From contig JAHHHL010000030.1 of NCBI GenBank assembly GCA_019359375.1, positions 14,341 to 78,340 on the forward strand: DNA of 64,000 nucleotides, read 5' to 3'. Made by a program: the position numbers and the translations under genes. This DNA comes from Lyngbya sp. HA4199-MV5 (GTDB lineage Bacteria; Cyanobacteriota; Cyanobacteriia; Leptolyngbyales; Leptolyngbyaceae). The notes below the pieces were generated by a model. It made no database searches. It had not been told where the DNA came from and saw only the letters and a list, made by a program, of their open reading frames with translations. Positions 17,901 to 27,260 of the stretch are shown in pieces; the stretch's first letter is position 1; the number at the start of each line of letters is the position of its first letter.

Positions 17901-18504
17901 CGATACAAAAAATGCTGGCGGCGATCTCACCCGCTTGCACCTCACTCTGAATAATCGAACTGGCATTCAGTGCAATGACTAACACGCCATTGGTACGTCC
18001 AAACTGATTTTTGATTGGCGCATAGCCATAGAGAACAGGGGTTCCAGCCGGGTTGTTTAGCAGATCAGGTTCTACGATCGGCTGCTTTAAATTAGCAATG
18101 CCTGCCTTAAGCATGGGTGTTAGGCGTTGTACGGGTTTGCCGACCGGGGTACTTGGGCGATCGACCGCGTAATCCAGGATAAACACAGACTGCCCATTCG
18201 GCAGTTGGCGCAGAACATAGATGTGATCGATCGAGGGTACGGCAGCTTGAATGTTTTGCAGCCGTTTCTGGTTAATTGTGTAGAACGGCAATTTCATACT
18301 GTCGGCAGTTGTTGTCAACGCCAAATAGTCGCCATCAATTTGTGGGGCAGACAACTGCAATAATTCCAACAATCGATTGCGAATTTCCTGACGTTGCACC
18401 GTGTGGGACTGCCAGTACAAGTTTGAGGTGAGCAATCCAGCCGCTAACGTCGCTAACAGCGAATAAGCCAGGATAATTTTTCGACTGAGGCTCTGTTTAC
18501 GCAT
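14905..18504 (-). CDS. Membrane sensor histidine kinase: TM-periplasmic-TM-HAMP-4xPAS-GAF(CBCR-like)-HisKA_2-HATPase
   Basis: DELGDLAASFNQM HAMP; four PAS starts; GAF with EDPCF and TPCY; KEVNHRVKNNLQ H-box; DNGVGI. Confidence 0.9.
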   Translation of the reverse strand: MRKQSLSRKIILAYSLLATLAAGLLTSNLYWQSHTVQRQEIRNRLLELLQLSAPQIDGDYLALTTTADSMKLPFYTINQKRLQNIQAAVPSIDHIYVLRQLPNGQSVFILDYAVDRPSTPVGKPVQRLTPMLKAGIANLKQPIVEPDLLNNPAGTPVLYGYAPIKNQFGRTNGVLVIALNASSIIQSEVQAGEIAASIFCIVLVLTLGVIWWLSQALVIHPILQLNQASQQIASGHWNQRLPIDRSDELGDLAASFNQMAKQLQESFATLEQRVRDRTYQLQLALSAAKMGTWEWDMLTNRQYWSAENYGLWGFSTDPSGRVLDRSGVEISPFPTFEVVLKRVHPDDRDRLLHTIQQTSRQDQPYEIEHRILWHDGSIRWRYSRGAYGFNEQGDPIKLVGISMDVTDRKQAEADVRRSKDLFEAMFEESADAIFLVDATTKLNLTCNQRAVELFEANSRDELIGIHGPSNLSKDPFTPEALAVVRISLATQGFWQGEDEYLTRKGNTFWGSIACKQIQVANEPMILVRVTDMSDRKRAELEIRHNRDLFEAIFQESTDAILLTAPTSGQIWDCNQRAIELFEAETKVELLGTVAHSLRKHPISEEHGAEILTFLRGSGVWRQECEYRTRKGHTFWGSVALKGIQVADQRMILARITDISDRKAAETALQISEQNFRTIFNHVTSYLFIHAADGTLLDVNDRVLERYGLEREQALSLSLLSDYSAADNPFQFAQGYWMRAFAGEIVHFEWKAKEIHTGKVFDVNVTLNRITWDHKPAILANVLDITERKQAELRQQQQAEADQLLATIAQTINQSVRLDQVLETCLEKIQQFLRSDRVLICRFDADYNVVIEREALSRPELSLLNLTIEDPCFGIGWAERYRQGYITVCGNAQDPHLTPCYATLLAQMQVQASFVVGILQSDQIWGLMIVHYCDAPHAWQQFELDLLKQLGLQVGTASQKASLYTQLEKQLKQKEVLLKEVNHRVKNNLQMISAMLWLQSEAANNPIVSGALFSTRNRLQAMSLIHEILYQSSDLGQINFHDYIQRLANNILIACSTSHDQIKLSFDLQPVTLNLETAISCGLLLNELITNAIKHGFPDRHQGEIHIRLEQIVQPEPTARLAAKIPTAALHSYASQATAHYMLTVQDNGVGIPKTLNLNKLQSLGLKIVYDLARQLDGTIEHEHKHGTLFRLLFPVFGLR

Positions 18505-18516
18505 TGCGGTTTTTCC

Positions 18517-20115
18517 TCAAGATGGCAATCCCAGGCTGGAGCGGTAGGCTGCTTTTTGATCTGCCCGCCCTACCCTGTCAGTAATTTGCTGCCATCGCTG
18601 TTCGATCTGCTGCATGGCTTCTTCTTGGGTCAGCTTATTCCTTAAAAAATCGGCTCGTACCGCATCCAGCACGTTCAAGAGATATTGTTGATTGTGAGGA
18701 ATGGTTAAATCTAAGACTATATTAGGACTGCTCAAACTGACCTCGATCGTGCCTAAATAGTTATTCGCCATCTCCAACGACATTCCAGCTTTAAGCCAGG
18801 GTTCCACCTCTTTAAACTGTGACACTCGGTAAGGGTTGTAGCCTGTTGCACCGACTGTAACATCAACATTGGACTGAGCCGGTTGACCCATGTAAGAAAG
18901 AAAGGCATAGGCAGCATCTTTGACTCTGGGTGCAGCTTTCGCAGCAACGACCCCAACCCAACCTCCATAGGCGGCATACGGTGCGTGATTGACTCCATTA
19001 ATTGCGTAGGGACAGGTAAATTTATTGCAAGCTATCAACTGATTTGCCTGACGATCGAGCACTTGCGTAGATCCTGGCGTGATCGAGGTGCCCACTTTGT
19101 TCATCACGTTTGAGGTCGTTGGGTAGATCGACTGAGTGCCTACATCCCCCCAGTCCAGCGTCATAGCACACCGTCCACTCAAAAATAAGCGTCTGGCTTC
19201 CGGCTGGCTCAGGTTTTTATCATCCGGTACACCGTAGTTTGTCGTTTGTTTGTAGATCTCCAGCGCCCTCGCAAAACCTGGATTATTTACTAATGGTTTC
19301 ATCGTGTCTGGGTCAAAAAAGATCCCCTGTGCTGTGCCCTGAGACTGCAAAAAAGGTGCAATAAAGGAACCCAAGATCGAAGCGCTAAACTCTTTTGGGC
19401 GCTTTTCAATACAGGAACCATAGTCAGGTTTGCCGTCGCCATTCAGGTCTTTGTCGTGAAATTGTTTGGCGATCGCCAGATAGTCATCCCAGGTTGCTGG
19501 AGGCGTTAACCCAGCTTGCTTTAACAAATCTGTGCGGTAATACAGCATGTGAAAGTCGCCATCCAACGGAATGCTGTAGGTATGACCTTTATAAACGGCA
19601 CTAAACTCTCGCCATAGGGGCGCAATATCATCCCACTGCAACGCCACATCTGCTTTCCGGCGATCGGTTAAATCTTCTAAGTAGCCAGCCTGAATAAAAT
19701 CAATCTGCCACTGCGGCAAGGCGATCGCCATCTCGTATTGGGAAGCGCCACTAGACCAGTCTCGCTGGAGTGTGTCGTAGAGGTCTTTAAAGGGAACCCC
19801 TGTCTGCTTTACCTTCGCGCCGGTCAAGTTCTCAAAGCCAGCAATATGTCGCCGTGTTACCGTTTGTTGAGCGCCATCATGGGTAATGATATGAATCGTC
19901 ACTCCGTCAAAGCGTTGAGGGGATACAGCCGCAGGAGAAGGAGTTCCTGAGGGCGGTGAGGATGAAACGGTTGGCATCCTGACTTGCAACAGGCTGCATC
20001 CAGCCACGGCAACGATCCATAGTGCCACCAGCAGCATTGTCAGATGTTGGTAAGCTTTGCTAGAGAAGCATAAGCGCCGCCAGGAAAAGGGCTTCATGAC
20101 AGAGAATCCTATCAA
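18517..20115 (-). CDS. Extracellular solute-binding lipoprotein (sugar-ABC type)
   Basis: Lipobox VAGC; YSIPLDGDFHMLYYRTDLL..AGL.PPATWDDY typical of carbohydrate SBPs; 12-bp gap to kinase gene. Confidence 0.85.
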   Translation of the reverse strand: MIGFSVMKPFSWRRLCFSSKAYQHLTMLLVALWIVAVAGCSLLQVRMPTVSSSPPSGTPSPAAVSPQRFDGVTIHIITHDGAQQTVTRRHIAGFENLTGAKVKQTGVPFKDLYDTLQRDWSSGASQYEMAIALPQWQIDFIQAGYLEDLTDRRKADVALQWDDIAPLWREFSAVYKGHTYSIPLDGDFHMLYYRTDLLKQAGLTPPATWDDYLAIAKQFHDKDLNGDGKPDYGSCIEKRPKEFSASILGSFIAPFLQSQGTAQGIFFDPDTMKPLVNNPGFARALEIYKQTTNYGVPDDKNLSQPEARRLFLSGRCAMTLDWGDVGTQSIYPTTSNVMNKVGTSITPGSTQVLDRQANQLIACNKFTCPYAINGVNHAPYAAYGGWVGVVAAKAAPRVKDAAYAFLSYMGQPAQSNVDVTVGATGYNPYRVSQFKEVEPWLKAGMSLEMANNYLGTIEVSLSSPNIVLDLTIPHNQQYLLNVLDAVRADFLRNKLTQEEAMQQIEQRWQQITDRVGRADQKAAYRSSLGLPS

Positions 20116-20273
20116 TAGTCTCTAGAAGATCTCTTAAAGGCTACAAGTCACAGCCCAAACTGTCCCACAGCCTTCAATTTCTGGGGAACCCGGCGTTCAA
20201 ACTTTCTCAAGATTAGGGATCGAGGAGCAAAAGCAGCACGTTTGAGCCTTCTCAGACAGCCTCTGACTTCCCG

Positions 20274-20307
20274 TCTGTAGGGACGTTACATGTAATGTCC
20301 CTACAGA
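20274..20307. repeat. REP-like palindrome (GTAGGG...CCCTAC class)
   Basis: TCTGTAGGGACGTTAC-AT-GTAATGTCCCTACAGA. Confidence 0.75.
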
Positions 20308-20539
20308 AAGAATTACGCCTGATTAAATTCGCGTTCCTTCGTGTGGGAGAACGTTACCAGTCAGATTGTACAGACTCCAAGCACTTGTCTTGGTACAGCT
20401 CAATGCCCTTTTCAAACAAACAGGACAGACGATTGATCAACTCAAACACGGTTTGCTTGACGATTACCTATCTCAGCAACTCCCTATTTCAACAACTCAA
20501 AGAGCCGTCTTTTACAATGGCTTCTGCGTCAGTCCTATT

Positions 20540-21742
20540 CTACTGTCTTCCGGTTTGCGACCAAACGCGAGTAGGCAGACCCCAAACGTAGATGAAGCCC
20601 TCAGCCGCTCTGTGGTCAAACGTATCGTCTGCACCATAGGTTGCCAGATCGGGGCTGTAAATTGAGTGCGCTGACTTACGCCCAACCACGATCGAGTTGC
20701 CCTTAAACAGCTTGATACGAACGGCACCCGTCACGCGCTCCTGGCTTTTTTTCACGAAGGCATCTAAAGCATCGCGGAGGGGGCTGTACCAAAGACCGTT
20801 ATAGACCAGCTTGGAGTATGTATCCTCAATGCCGCGCTTGTAATGGATAAGATCAGACGTAAGAGTCAGGCTTTCGAGATCTCGATGCGCTTGAATGAGT
20901 ACAGACAGAGCAGGCGTTTCGTACACTTCACGCGACTTGATGCCAACTAAGCGGTTCTCGATCATGTCGATGCGTCCCACGCTGTGGGCACCCACAATCT
21001 GGTTGAGTTCTGTCACGAGGGCTACTGGCTCGGTTGGTTTACCATTCAGGGTAGTGGGAATGCCTTGCTCAAAGCCAATTTCCACATACTCTGGCTGGTC
21101 GGGTGCCTCGGCGATCGCCGCCGTCATGGTGTACACATCTTCTGGCGGCTCTGTCCAGGGATCTTCTAATGGACCTGCCTCGATCGCGCGACCCAGCAAA
21201 TTCTTATCAATACTATAGGGCGAGGATTTTTTGACGGGTGATTCAATGCCAAACCGTTCCCCATAGGCGATCGTTTCTTCACGGCTCATCCCCCATTCGC
21301 GCGCTGGGGTGAGGACTTTGATGTCGGGGTTGAGGGCAGCGATCGCCACATCAAACCGCACCTGATCATTCCCCTTCCCCGTACAGCCATGCGCCACCGC
21401 ATCCGCACCATACTCCGCAGCAGCATCTACCAGGAGCTTGGCAATCAACGGGCGCGCCAGTGCAGTCGAAAGCGGGTATTGATTTTCGTACAGCGCATTC
21501 GCCTGAATGGCTGGAAAGGCGTAGTCTTTGACAAAATCTGCCGTTGCATCTGCCACCAGCGACACAGAAGCCCCCGACTTGAGTGCCTTTTCTCGCACAG
21601 GTTCCAGTTCATCCCCCTGCCCCAGATCCGCAGCAAGAGTAATGACTTCTTCCACTCCCCATTCGTGCTTCAGGTAGGGAATGCAGACGGAGGTATCGAC
21701 TCCGCCAGAGTATGCCAGCACAACTTTTTTGGCGCGACCCAT
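20540..21742 (-). CDS. argG: Argininosuccinate synthase
   Basis: [38 protein letters not shown]. Confidence 0.98.
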   Translation of the reverse strand: MGRAKKVVLAYSGGVDTSVCIPYLKHEWGVEEVITLAADLGQGDELEPVREKALKSGASVSLVADATADFVKDYAFPAIQANALYENQYPLSTALARPLIAKLLVDAAAEYGADAVAHGCTGKGNDQVRFDVAIAALNPDIKVLTPAREWGMSREETIAYGERFGIESPVKKSSPYSIDKNLLGRAIEAGPLEDPWTEPPEDVYTMTAAIAEAPDQPEYVEIGFEQGIPTTLNGKPTEPVALVTELNQIVGAHSVGRIDMIENRLVGIKSREVYETPALSVLIQAHRDLESLTLTSDLIHYKRGIEDTYSKLVYNGLWYSPLRDALDAFVKKSQERVTGAVRIKLFKGNSIVVGRKSAHSIYSPDLATYGADDTFDHRAAEGFIYVWGLPTRVWSQTGRQ

Positions 21743-21919
21743 GACTGCCTCGGTTGGATAGGTTTAGTTGAATCAATTCACTGAGCCATCATTATGCAGT
21801 GAATTTTGACCAATTCATGTCAGAACAAGCACAGAACTTGGAGAACGGGTACGATAAGGGCGATCGAGGCTTAGAAGCGAGTATTACGACCGTGAATTAG
21901 ACACGTACAGCCAGTTAAA

Positions 21920-22049
21920 CTAGGGGCTGTCATCAATTCCGACTACACACCACTTGCGGCAAGGGTTCCAGCCCCTAGCTTGTTTGTTGGGACGGGCGCG
22001 ACAATGCTGATACCACAAGCTTCTGAGCTGAATTGATGACGCGCCCTAG
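21920..22049. mobile_element. MITE family A, copy 2
   Basis: CTAGGGGCTGTCATCAATT...AATTGATGACGCGCCCTAG; colinear with 3067-3198. Confidence 0.85.
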
Positions 22050-22055
22050 TTATAC

Positions 22056-22247
22056 ATGGCACCGAATGACGAGCAGGCTCAGGGACTTTACAGACTCTGC
22101 TATCGACTGACTAACACCATTTATCCAGGCTGGCAGTATCGAGCGATCGAGCTTGTCAGAATGGATGAGCAAACTGGTAATTTGTATCTGCTTGCTGGCG
22201 ATAGCCTGGACTTTGAGATCAAGCCAAGTGGAGGATATGAGCCGTGA
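22056..22247 (+). CDS. DUF6888-like small protein (putative TA component)
   Basis: P..EQ...LYRLCY.LT...IELVRMDEQTGNLYLLAG...EI.P.G pattern; overlaps next gene (GTGA). Confidence 0.7.
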   Translation: MAPNDEQAQGLYRLCYRLTNTIYPGWQYRAIELVRMDEQTGNLYLLAGDSLDFEIKPSGGYEP

Positions 22248-22456
22248 CAAACGCTAACTTTGACGCAATGAATTTAGACGAGTTACGTCGGTATGTCTTG
22301 GCTCATCGAGAAGATGTTAATGCTTTTCATGTGTACGTCGATCGCTCAAAAGCATCAGGGCGCATGATTACAATTAATCCAAACGATCCAGGCTGGGAGG
22401 ATACCCTGGAGCAGAGGATTCAGCAAGCAACGTCTGGTGACGCAGAATCGAATTAG
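22244..22456 (+). CDS. DUF6887-like small protein (putative TA component)
   Basis: NF.AM..DELRRYVLAHRED..AF..YVD pattern; homolog at 38575-38787. Confidence 0.75.
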   Translation: MTNANFDAMNLDELRRYVLAHREDVNAFHVYVDRSKASGRMITINPNDPGWEDTLEQRIQQATSGDAESN

Positions 22457-22471
22457 CCGCACTGCCTTCTC

Positions 22472-22846
22472 CTACATTGCACTACCCGGTTTACAGGTCA
22501 GCGTGCCTTGTTTCTGGTTTGGCTGCCCGCCCATCGGTTTCACATCTAAGGACGGTTGATAAGTAGGGTAGCAGCGCACAAGAATGACATCGTTAGGTTG
22601 CGTACTGTACAACACATAGACAGGCTTACCACCCAGTACGGCTGGCACCAGTTTGGGTGGTTGAGCAGCAGTGGCAACGAGTTCGGGGGCATGATCGCCC
22701 ACTGGCACTCCCGTCTGATTGATTGGCTCAGCCGTCAACCCCGCAGCTGAGAGCGCAGGAGTCGCTTGCAGAAAATGAATGCAAAAAGCTAACGCGATCG
22801 CCAGCGCCACCAGCACAACTTCATGTTTAACCGGAACTTTGATCAT
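22472..22846 (-). CDS. Hypothetical secreted protein
   Basis: Signal-peptide-like N-terminus, two Cys; no family recognised. Confidence 0.6.
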   Translation of the reverse strand: MIKVPVKHEVVLVALAIALAFCIHFLQATPALSAAGLTAEPINQTGVPVGDHAPELVATAAQPPKLVPAVLGGKPVYVLYSTQPNDVILVRCYPTYQPSLDVKPMGGQPNQKQGTLTCKPGSAM

Positions 22847-23135
22847 GGTTCAGCCTCCTCTCTATAAGTTCACCGAGATTGAATTACAGCCGTTTTCATT
22901 TGCATTCACCACACCCTACACCCTACACCCCGTACCCGCACGCGCTAGACTGTGGCTTATTCATCAGTAACCGCTGCAAGCCCTACTCTACCCCGTCCAC
23001 AGGAAAAATTAAGCGTCTTATTGCCTCACGGTTCATGCCGTCGATCTAAAGTTTGGTATCAGAGTTGCAATCACGCCACGATCGCGGAGCGTATAAGGCA
23101 GAATGGGCGATGGAGACTTCAAGGGAGAGGCAATT

Positions 23136-25130
23136 ATGCCAATGGGGATAAACTTCGGACGTGAAGTCTGCGGTGATTTTGACCAGGCACAAGCACGGGA
23201 ATGGCTGGTCACGAATGGCATCGGTGGCTATGCATCAGGCACGATCGCGGGACTACTCACCCGACGCTATCACGGGCTATTGGTGGCAGCCTTGCAGCCC
23301 CCGTTAGGGCGCACGCTCATGCTGGCAAAGCTGGACGATACGGCATTGTACGGCGATCGCTTCTATCCCCTCCATGCCAATCGGTGGTCTGACGGTACGG
23401 TTGGTCCCCACGGCTACCGTCATTTGGAACGCTTTGTTTTAGAGGGCACGATTCCCACCTGGCACTATGCCTGCGCCGATGCGTTGCTGGAAAAGCGCGT
23501 GTGGATGCAGCCCGGTGCCAATACGACCTATGTGTATTACCAACTGGTACGCGGCACCCAACCGTTAACGCTGACCATGAAAGCGATGGTGAACTACCGG
23601 GATTACCACAGCAACACGGTGGGCAATGGCTGGCGGATGACCATCGTACCTGCCGAACATGGGGTTTACATCTCTGCTTACCCGGAAGCGGCACAGCTTT
23701 ATCTCGCCAGCGATCGCGCCGATGTCACCACTGCCCACGACTGGTACTACGGATTTGAACTCACGGCTGAGCGCGATCGGGGGCTGAACGACCACGACGA
23801 TCATCTCCATGCGGCGACCTTTCAAGCCACACTACAACCAGGAGAAACACTCACATTGGTTGCCAGTACCGAGCGAAAGCCAGAACGCGATGGCGAAGCC
23901 GCGCTTAAAATCCGTCGTGCGTATGAATACAAGCTGTTAGGACTCTGGCACAGCAACCGTCCTGTAGACACCAAAGATATTCCCGCCTTTGCCGATCAAC
24001 TGGTGCTGGCAGCCGATCAATTTGTTGTGCAGCGATCGACCCCCGAAGAACCCCACGGCAAAACCATCATTGCGGGCTACCACTGGTTTAGCGATTGGGG
24101 ACGCGACACGATGGTTAGCCTGCCTGGTTTGACGCTAGCAACAGGTCGTCCCGAAATTGCGCGATCGATCCTGCGTACCTTTGCCCGTCACGTCAATCAG
24201 GGGATGCTGCCAAACCGCTTTCCCGACGCGGGCGAACTGCCCGAATACAATACAGTAGACGCGACGTTGTGGTTCTTTGAAGCTGTCCGCGCCTACTACG
24301 GCGTGACCGAAGATGATGATTTAGTGCAAGACCTCTTTCCGGTGCTGGCAGACGTTGTGGATTGGCACTGCCGGGGCACCCGCTACAACATTCACCTCGA
24401 TCCGGCTGATGGGTTGCTGTATGCAGGCGAAACGGGCGTGCAGTTGACCTGGATGGATGCCAAAGTGGGCGATTGGGTCGTCACACCGCGCATTGGCAAA
24501 CCCATTGAGGTCAATGCCCTGTGGTACAACGCGCTACGAACGATCGCCAAACTTGCCCGCACGATCGGCAAGCCCCATCAAGAATACGAAGCGATGGCCG
24601 ATCGTACCCTGGCACGCTTCTCGCGCTTCTGGCATCCCGAACTGGGCTATTGCTACGATGTGCTGGATGGCACGGATGGCGATGACGCATCCTTGCGCCC
24701 CAACCAGATCTTTGCCGTCTCGCTGCCTGAAAGTCCTCTATCAGCCGCTCAACAGAAAGGCGTAGTGGATGTTTGCGGGCGAGCGTTGTTGACCTCCCAC
24801 GGGCTGCGATCGCTCGACCCTAACCATCCCAAGTATCAGGGCACCTACGGCGGCGACCAACGTCAGCGCGACGGAGTTTACCATCAGGGCACTGTGTGGG
24901 GGTGGCTCCTTGGTCCCTTTGTATTGGCACACCTGCGCGTCTATGGCGATCCGATCAAAGCTCGTGCCTTTCTCGAACCGATGGCAAATCATTTCTACGC
25001 CCACGGAGTCGGCAGTCTCAGCGAAATTTTTGATGGTGATGCACCGATGAAACCCCAAGGCTGCATTGCTCAAGCGTGGACGGTCGCAGAGGTACTACGG
25101 GCGTGGCTGGCGACGGAGACAGAGCGATAA
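23136..25130 (+). CDS. Amylo-alpha-1,6-glucosidase (glycogen debranching enzyme family)
   Basis: EWLVTNGIGGYASGT, IIAGYHWFSDWGRDTM, YNTVDATLWF, LTWMDAK, QAWTVAE. Confidence 0.93.
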   Translation: MPMGINFGREVCGDFDQAQAREWLVTNGIGGYASGTIAGLLTRRYHGLLVAALQPPLGRTLMLAKLDDTALYGDRFYPLHANRWSDGTVGPHGYRHLERFVLEGTIPTWHYACADALLEKRVWMQPGANTTYVYYQLVRGTQPLTLTMKAMVNYRDYHSNTVGNGWRMTIVPAEHGVYISAYPEAAQLYLASDRADVTTAHDWYYGFELTAERDRGLNDHDDHLHAATFQATLQPGETLTLVASTERKPERDGEAALKIRRAYEYKLLGLWHSNRPVDTKDIPAFADQLVLAADQFVVQRSTPEEPHGKTIIAGYHWFSDWGRDTMVSLPGLTLATGRPEIARSILRTFARHVNQGMLPNRFPDAGELPEYNTVDATLWFFEAVRAYYGVTEDDDLVQDLFPVLADVVDWHCRGTRYNIHLDPADGLLYAGETGVQLTWMDAKVGDWVVTPRIGKPIEVNALWYNALRTIAKLARTIGKPHQEYEAMADRTLARFSRFWHPELGYCYDVLDGTDGDDASLRPNQIFAVSLPESPLSAAQQKGVVDVCGRALLTSHGLRSLDPNHPKYQGTYGGDQRQRDGVYHQGTVWGWLLGPFVLAHLRVYGDPIKARAFLEPMANHFYAHGVGSLSEIFDGDAPMKPQGCIAQAWTVAEVLRAWLATETER

Positions 25131-25254
25131 AATATGGTTAACGGAGGAGGAGTGCAAGCCATCGCAGCCATGGTCAAGCTTGGCTGGCACGCTCACTACC
25201 GCATCTTCGCTCCTTTTTTCCCAACTAGCTTTCGTGTCTGCTCGGTGTAGCGTT

Positions 25255-25719
25255 CTAATCAATGTAGTCTCGCAGCATATCCGGTTTTTCTTGGTTATGC
25301 GCCGTAATCGGGCGATCGCCATCGACGGGAAGCGTTTTGCGAATTTGAAGTTTACTCGTTTCAATCGGTCGTTTGCCATCTTCGTAGACAACTTCTTTCA
25401 CATCTAAATGGCTCGCCGTAATCGGGCGATCGCCATCAATGCCCAAAGTTTTGTCACTATCGATCGCACGGGCACCAATGGGGCGAGTACCATCCATCTC
25501 AAATGTGTCGCTCACATGAACGTCACTGGCAACAACTGGGCGCTTGCCATCAATGGGTAAAACATACTGGATTTGAAGCTCACTATCATCAATGGGGCGA
25601 TTGCCATCGACCTCAAGCATCCTGGTCTCTTGCCGCTCTTCGCCTGAAGGCATGATAGCGCCGTCATCCGGATGTTCCTGCTGTGTACTCACAGTGCAAA
25701 CTCCTGTTCTTGCTAGCAA
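25255..25719 (-). CDS. Hypothetical protein with six 19-aa DG.RP(I/V) repeats
   Basis: Exact 19-residue periodicity; start may be ATG 25653. Confidence 0.75.
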   Translation of the reverse strand: MLARTGVCTVSTQQEHPDDGAIMPSGEERQETRMLEVDGNRPIDDSELQIQYVLPIDGKRPVVASDVHVSDTFEMDGTRPIGARAIDSDKTLGIDGDRPITASHLDVKEVVYEDGKRPIETSKLQIRKTLPVDGDRPITAHNQEKPDMLRDYID

Positions 25720-25937
25720 CTCTCTACTTTTAACAGCTTGATGGTTGACCGATAACTGTCTAACGGTTGGTTTTGGGTGTTGAGTCGTTAAGGAATGAAA
25801 ATTAAATCACTTCGATCACCTCAGCCGTTTGATTGGACGGGCGCGACATGCGGCAGCTAACTCTGGGCGAAAGCAAAGATTTTTTACCGCATACCACGCC
25901 CCTACGCACAGAATGACACCTGATTTAATCCACGATC

Positions 25938-26645
25938 CTAAGCGATCGCCCGATCGCCCATCGCTGCCAAAATGCCTTCAAACAATGGCATCCCGTCTGT
26001 TCCACCCAACAGTGAATCAGAAGCTCGTTCTGGGTGGGGCATCATGCCGAGCACATTGCCGTTGCGGTTGCAGATGCCTGCGATGTTGTTGAGTGAACCA
26101 TTGGGATTGCTGACATCATCCACATCTCCTGCATCGGTGACGTAGCGGAAGACAATTTGACCATTCGCTTCCAGATCTGCCACCGTAGCGGCATCGGCAT
26201 AGTAGTTGCCTTCACCATGCGCGATCGGTAGCGTAATCACGGCTCCTTTCTGATAATTCTGCGTCCAGGGTAAATCGGTGCATTCGACACGGAGGGGCAC
26301 GCGATCGCAAATGAAGTGCAAATCTCGATTGCGGACTAAGGCTCCTGGCAGCAACCCCGCTTCCGTTAGCACCTGAAACCCGTTGCAGATGCCCAGGACG
26401 AGCTTTCCCTGTTTGGCATGGTTGATGGTTGCCTGCATGGCGGGAGAGAACCGCGCGATCGCCCCGCAGCGCAGGTAATCGCCATAGCTAAAGCCTCCCG
26501 GCACGACAATCACATCCAGGTCAGTCAGATCGCTTTCTTCATGCCAGACCATACGGGTGGATTGCTGCAACAGCGATTGCGTGACATACGCCACGTCGCG
26601 ATCGCAATTGGAACCTGGAAAGACAATGACACCAAATTTAACCAT
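25938..26645 (-). CDS. purQ: Phosphoribosylformylglycinamidine synthase subunit PurQ
   Basis: [36 protein letters not shown]. Confidence 0.97.
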   Translation of the reverse strand: MVKFGVIVFPGSNCDRDVAYVTQSLLQQSTRMVWHEESDLTDLDVIVVPGGFSYGDYLRCGAIARFSPAMQATINHAKQGKLVLGICNGFQVLTEAGLLPGALVRNRDLHFICDRVPLRVECTDLPWTQNYQKGAVITLPIAHGEGNYYADAATVADLEANGQIVFRYVTDAGDVDDVSNPNGSLNNIAGICNRNGNVLGMMPHPERASDSLLGGTDGMPLFEGILAAMGDRAIA

Positions 26646-26657
26646 GACGCTCTGTTA

Positions 26658-27230
26658 CTAACCTAACGGGATGCCTGCTTGCTGAAACACTTGCTCTGCG
26701 GTGAATGCTAACCCCTCAAAGAGCGGATCTGTCAGCAGTGTATCGCCTCTATAGGTTTGAGGTGGCGCATCAGGGTAGAAAACAGTAACGCTTCTGGCTT
26801 TACTATCAACAACCCAAACTCGCAGCACGTTGGCATTCAGATACGCCCTCGCTTTTGCCGCCAGTTCGCCAAACGTCTGCCCTGGTGAGATGATTTCGAT
26901 CGCCAGATCTGGAGGCACAGAACACGCCCCGTCCTCATCCCAATCAGCAGGCAGTCGTTCGTTGGTTATGTACAGCAGATCAGGCGTAGGCACCCAGCTT
27001 TTGCCATCACGAGTTAACGTAATCGCCAGTTCAGGACACACTTCACCGCGTCCATTGCTCCATCCGTCAATCAGGTAAAGCAACGTGCGGGTTAACTTCG
27101 AGTGATTTTTCTTAGGAGACATTTTGGGAATCGCTTGCCCATCCACTAATTCATAAGTCAAATCACCCTCACCTGGCGGGAGAGCTAAAAATTCCTCAAG
27201 CGACAGTAACCCCTTGGCTTGAACAACCAT
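26658..27230 (-). CDS. Uma2-family endonuclease
   Basis: YELVDG, PDLLY, PPDLAIEIISP, Y...VLRVWVVD. Confidence 0.9.
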   Translation of the reverse strand: MVVQAKGLLSLEEFLALPPGEGDLTYELVDGQAIPKMSPKKNHSKLTRTLLYLIDGWSNGRGEVCPELAITLTRDGKSWVPTPDLLYITNERLPADWDEDGACSVPPDLAIEIISPGQTFGELAAKARAYLNANVLRVWVVDSKARSVTVFYPDAPPQTYRGDTLLTDPLFEGLAFTAEQVFQQAGIPLG

Positions 27231-27260
27231 AGTGCGTGAACCATTACGTTAGTTCTCATT

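Noticed and set aside
20295-20665. Plus-strand ORFs and a stop-riddled minus frame between the SBP gene and argG
   Set aside because: No recognisable family; overlap argG antisense
25095-25391. 98-aa minus ORF overlapping the repeat protein
   Set aside because: Alternative frame of the DG.RP repeat gene and antisense to the debranching-enzyme end
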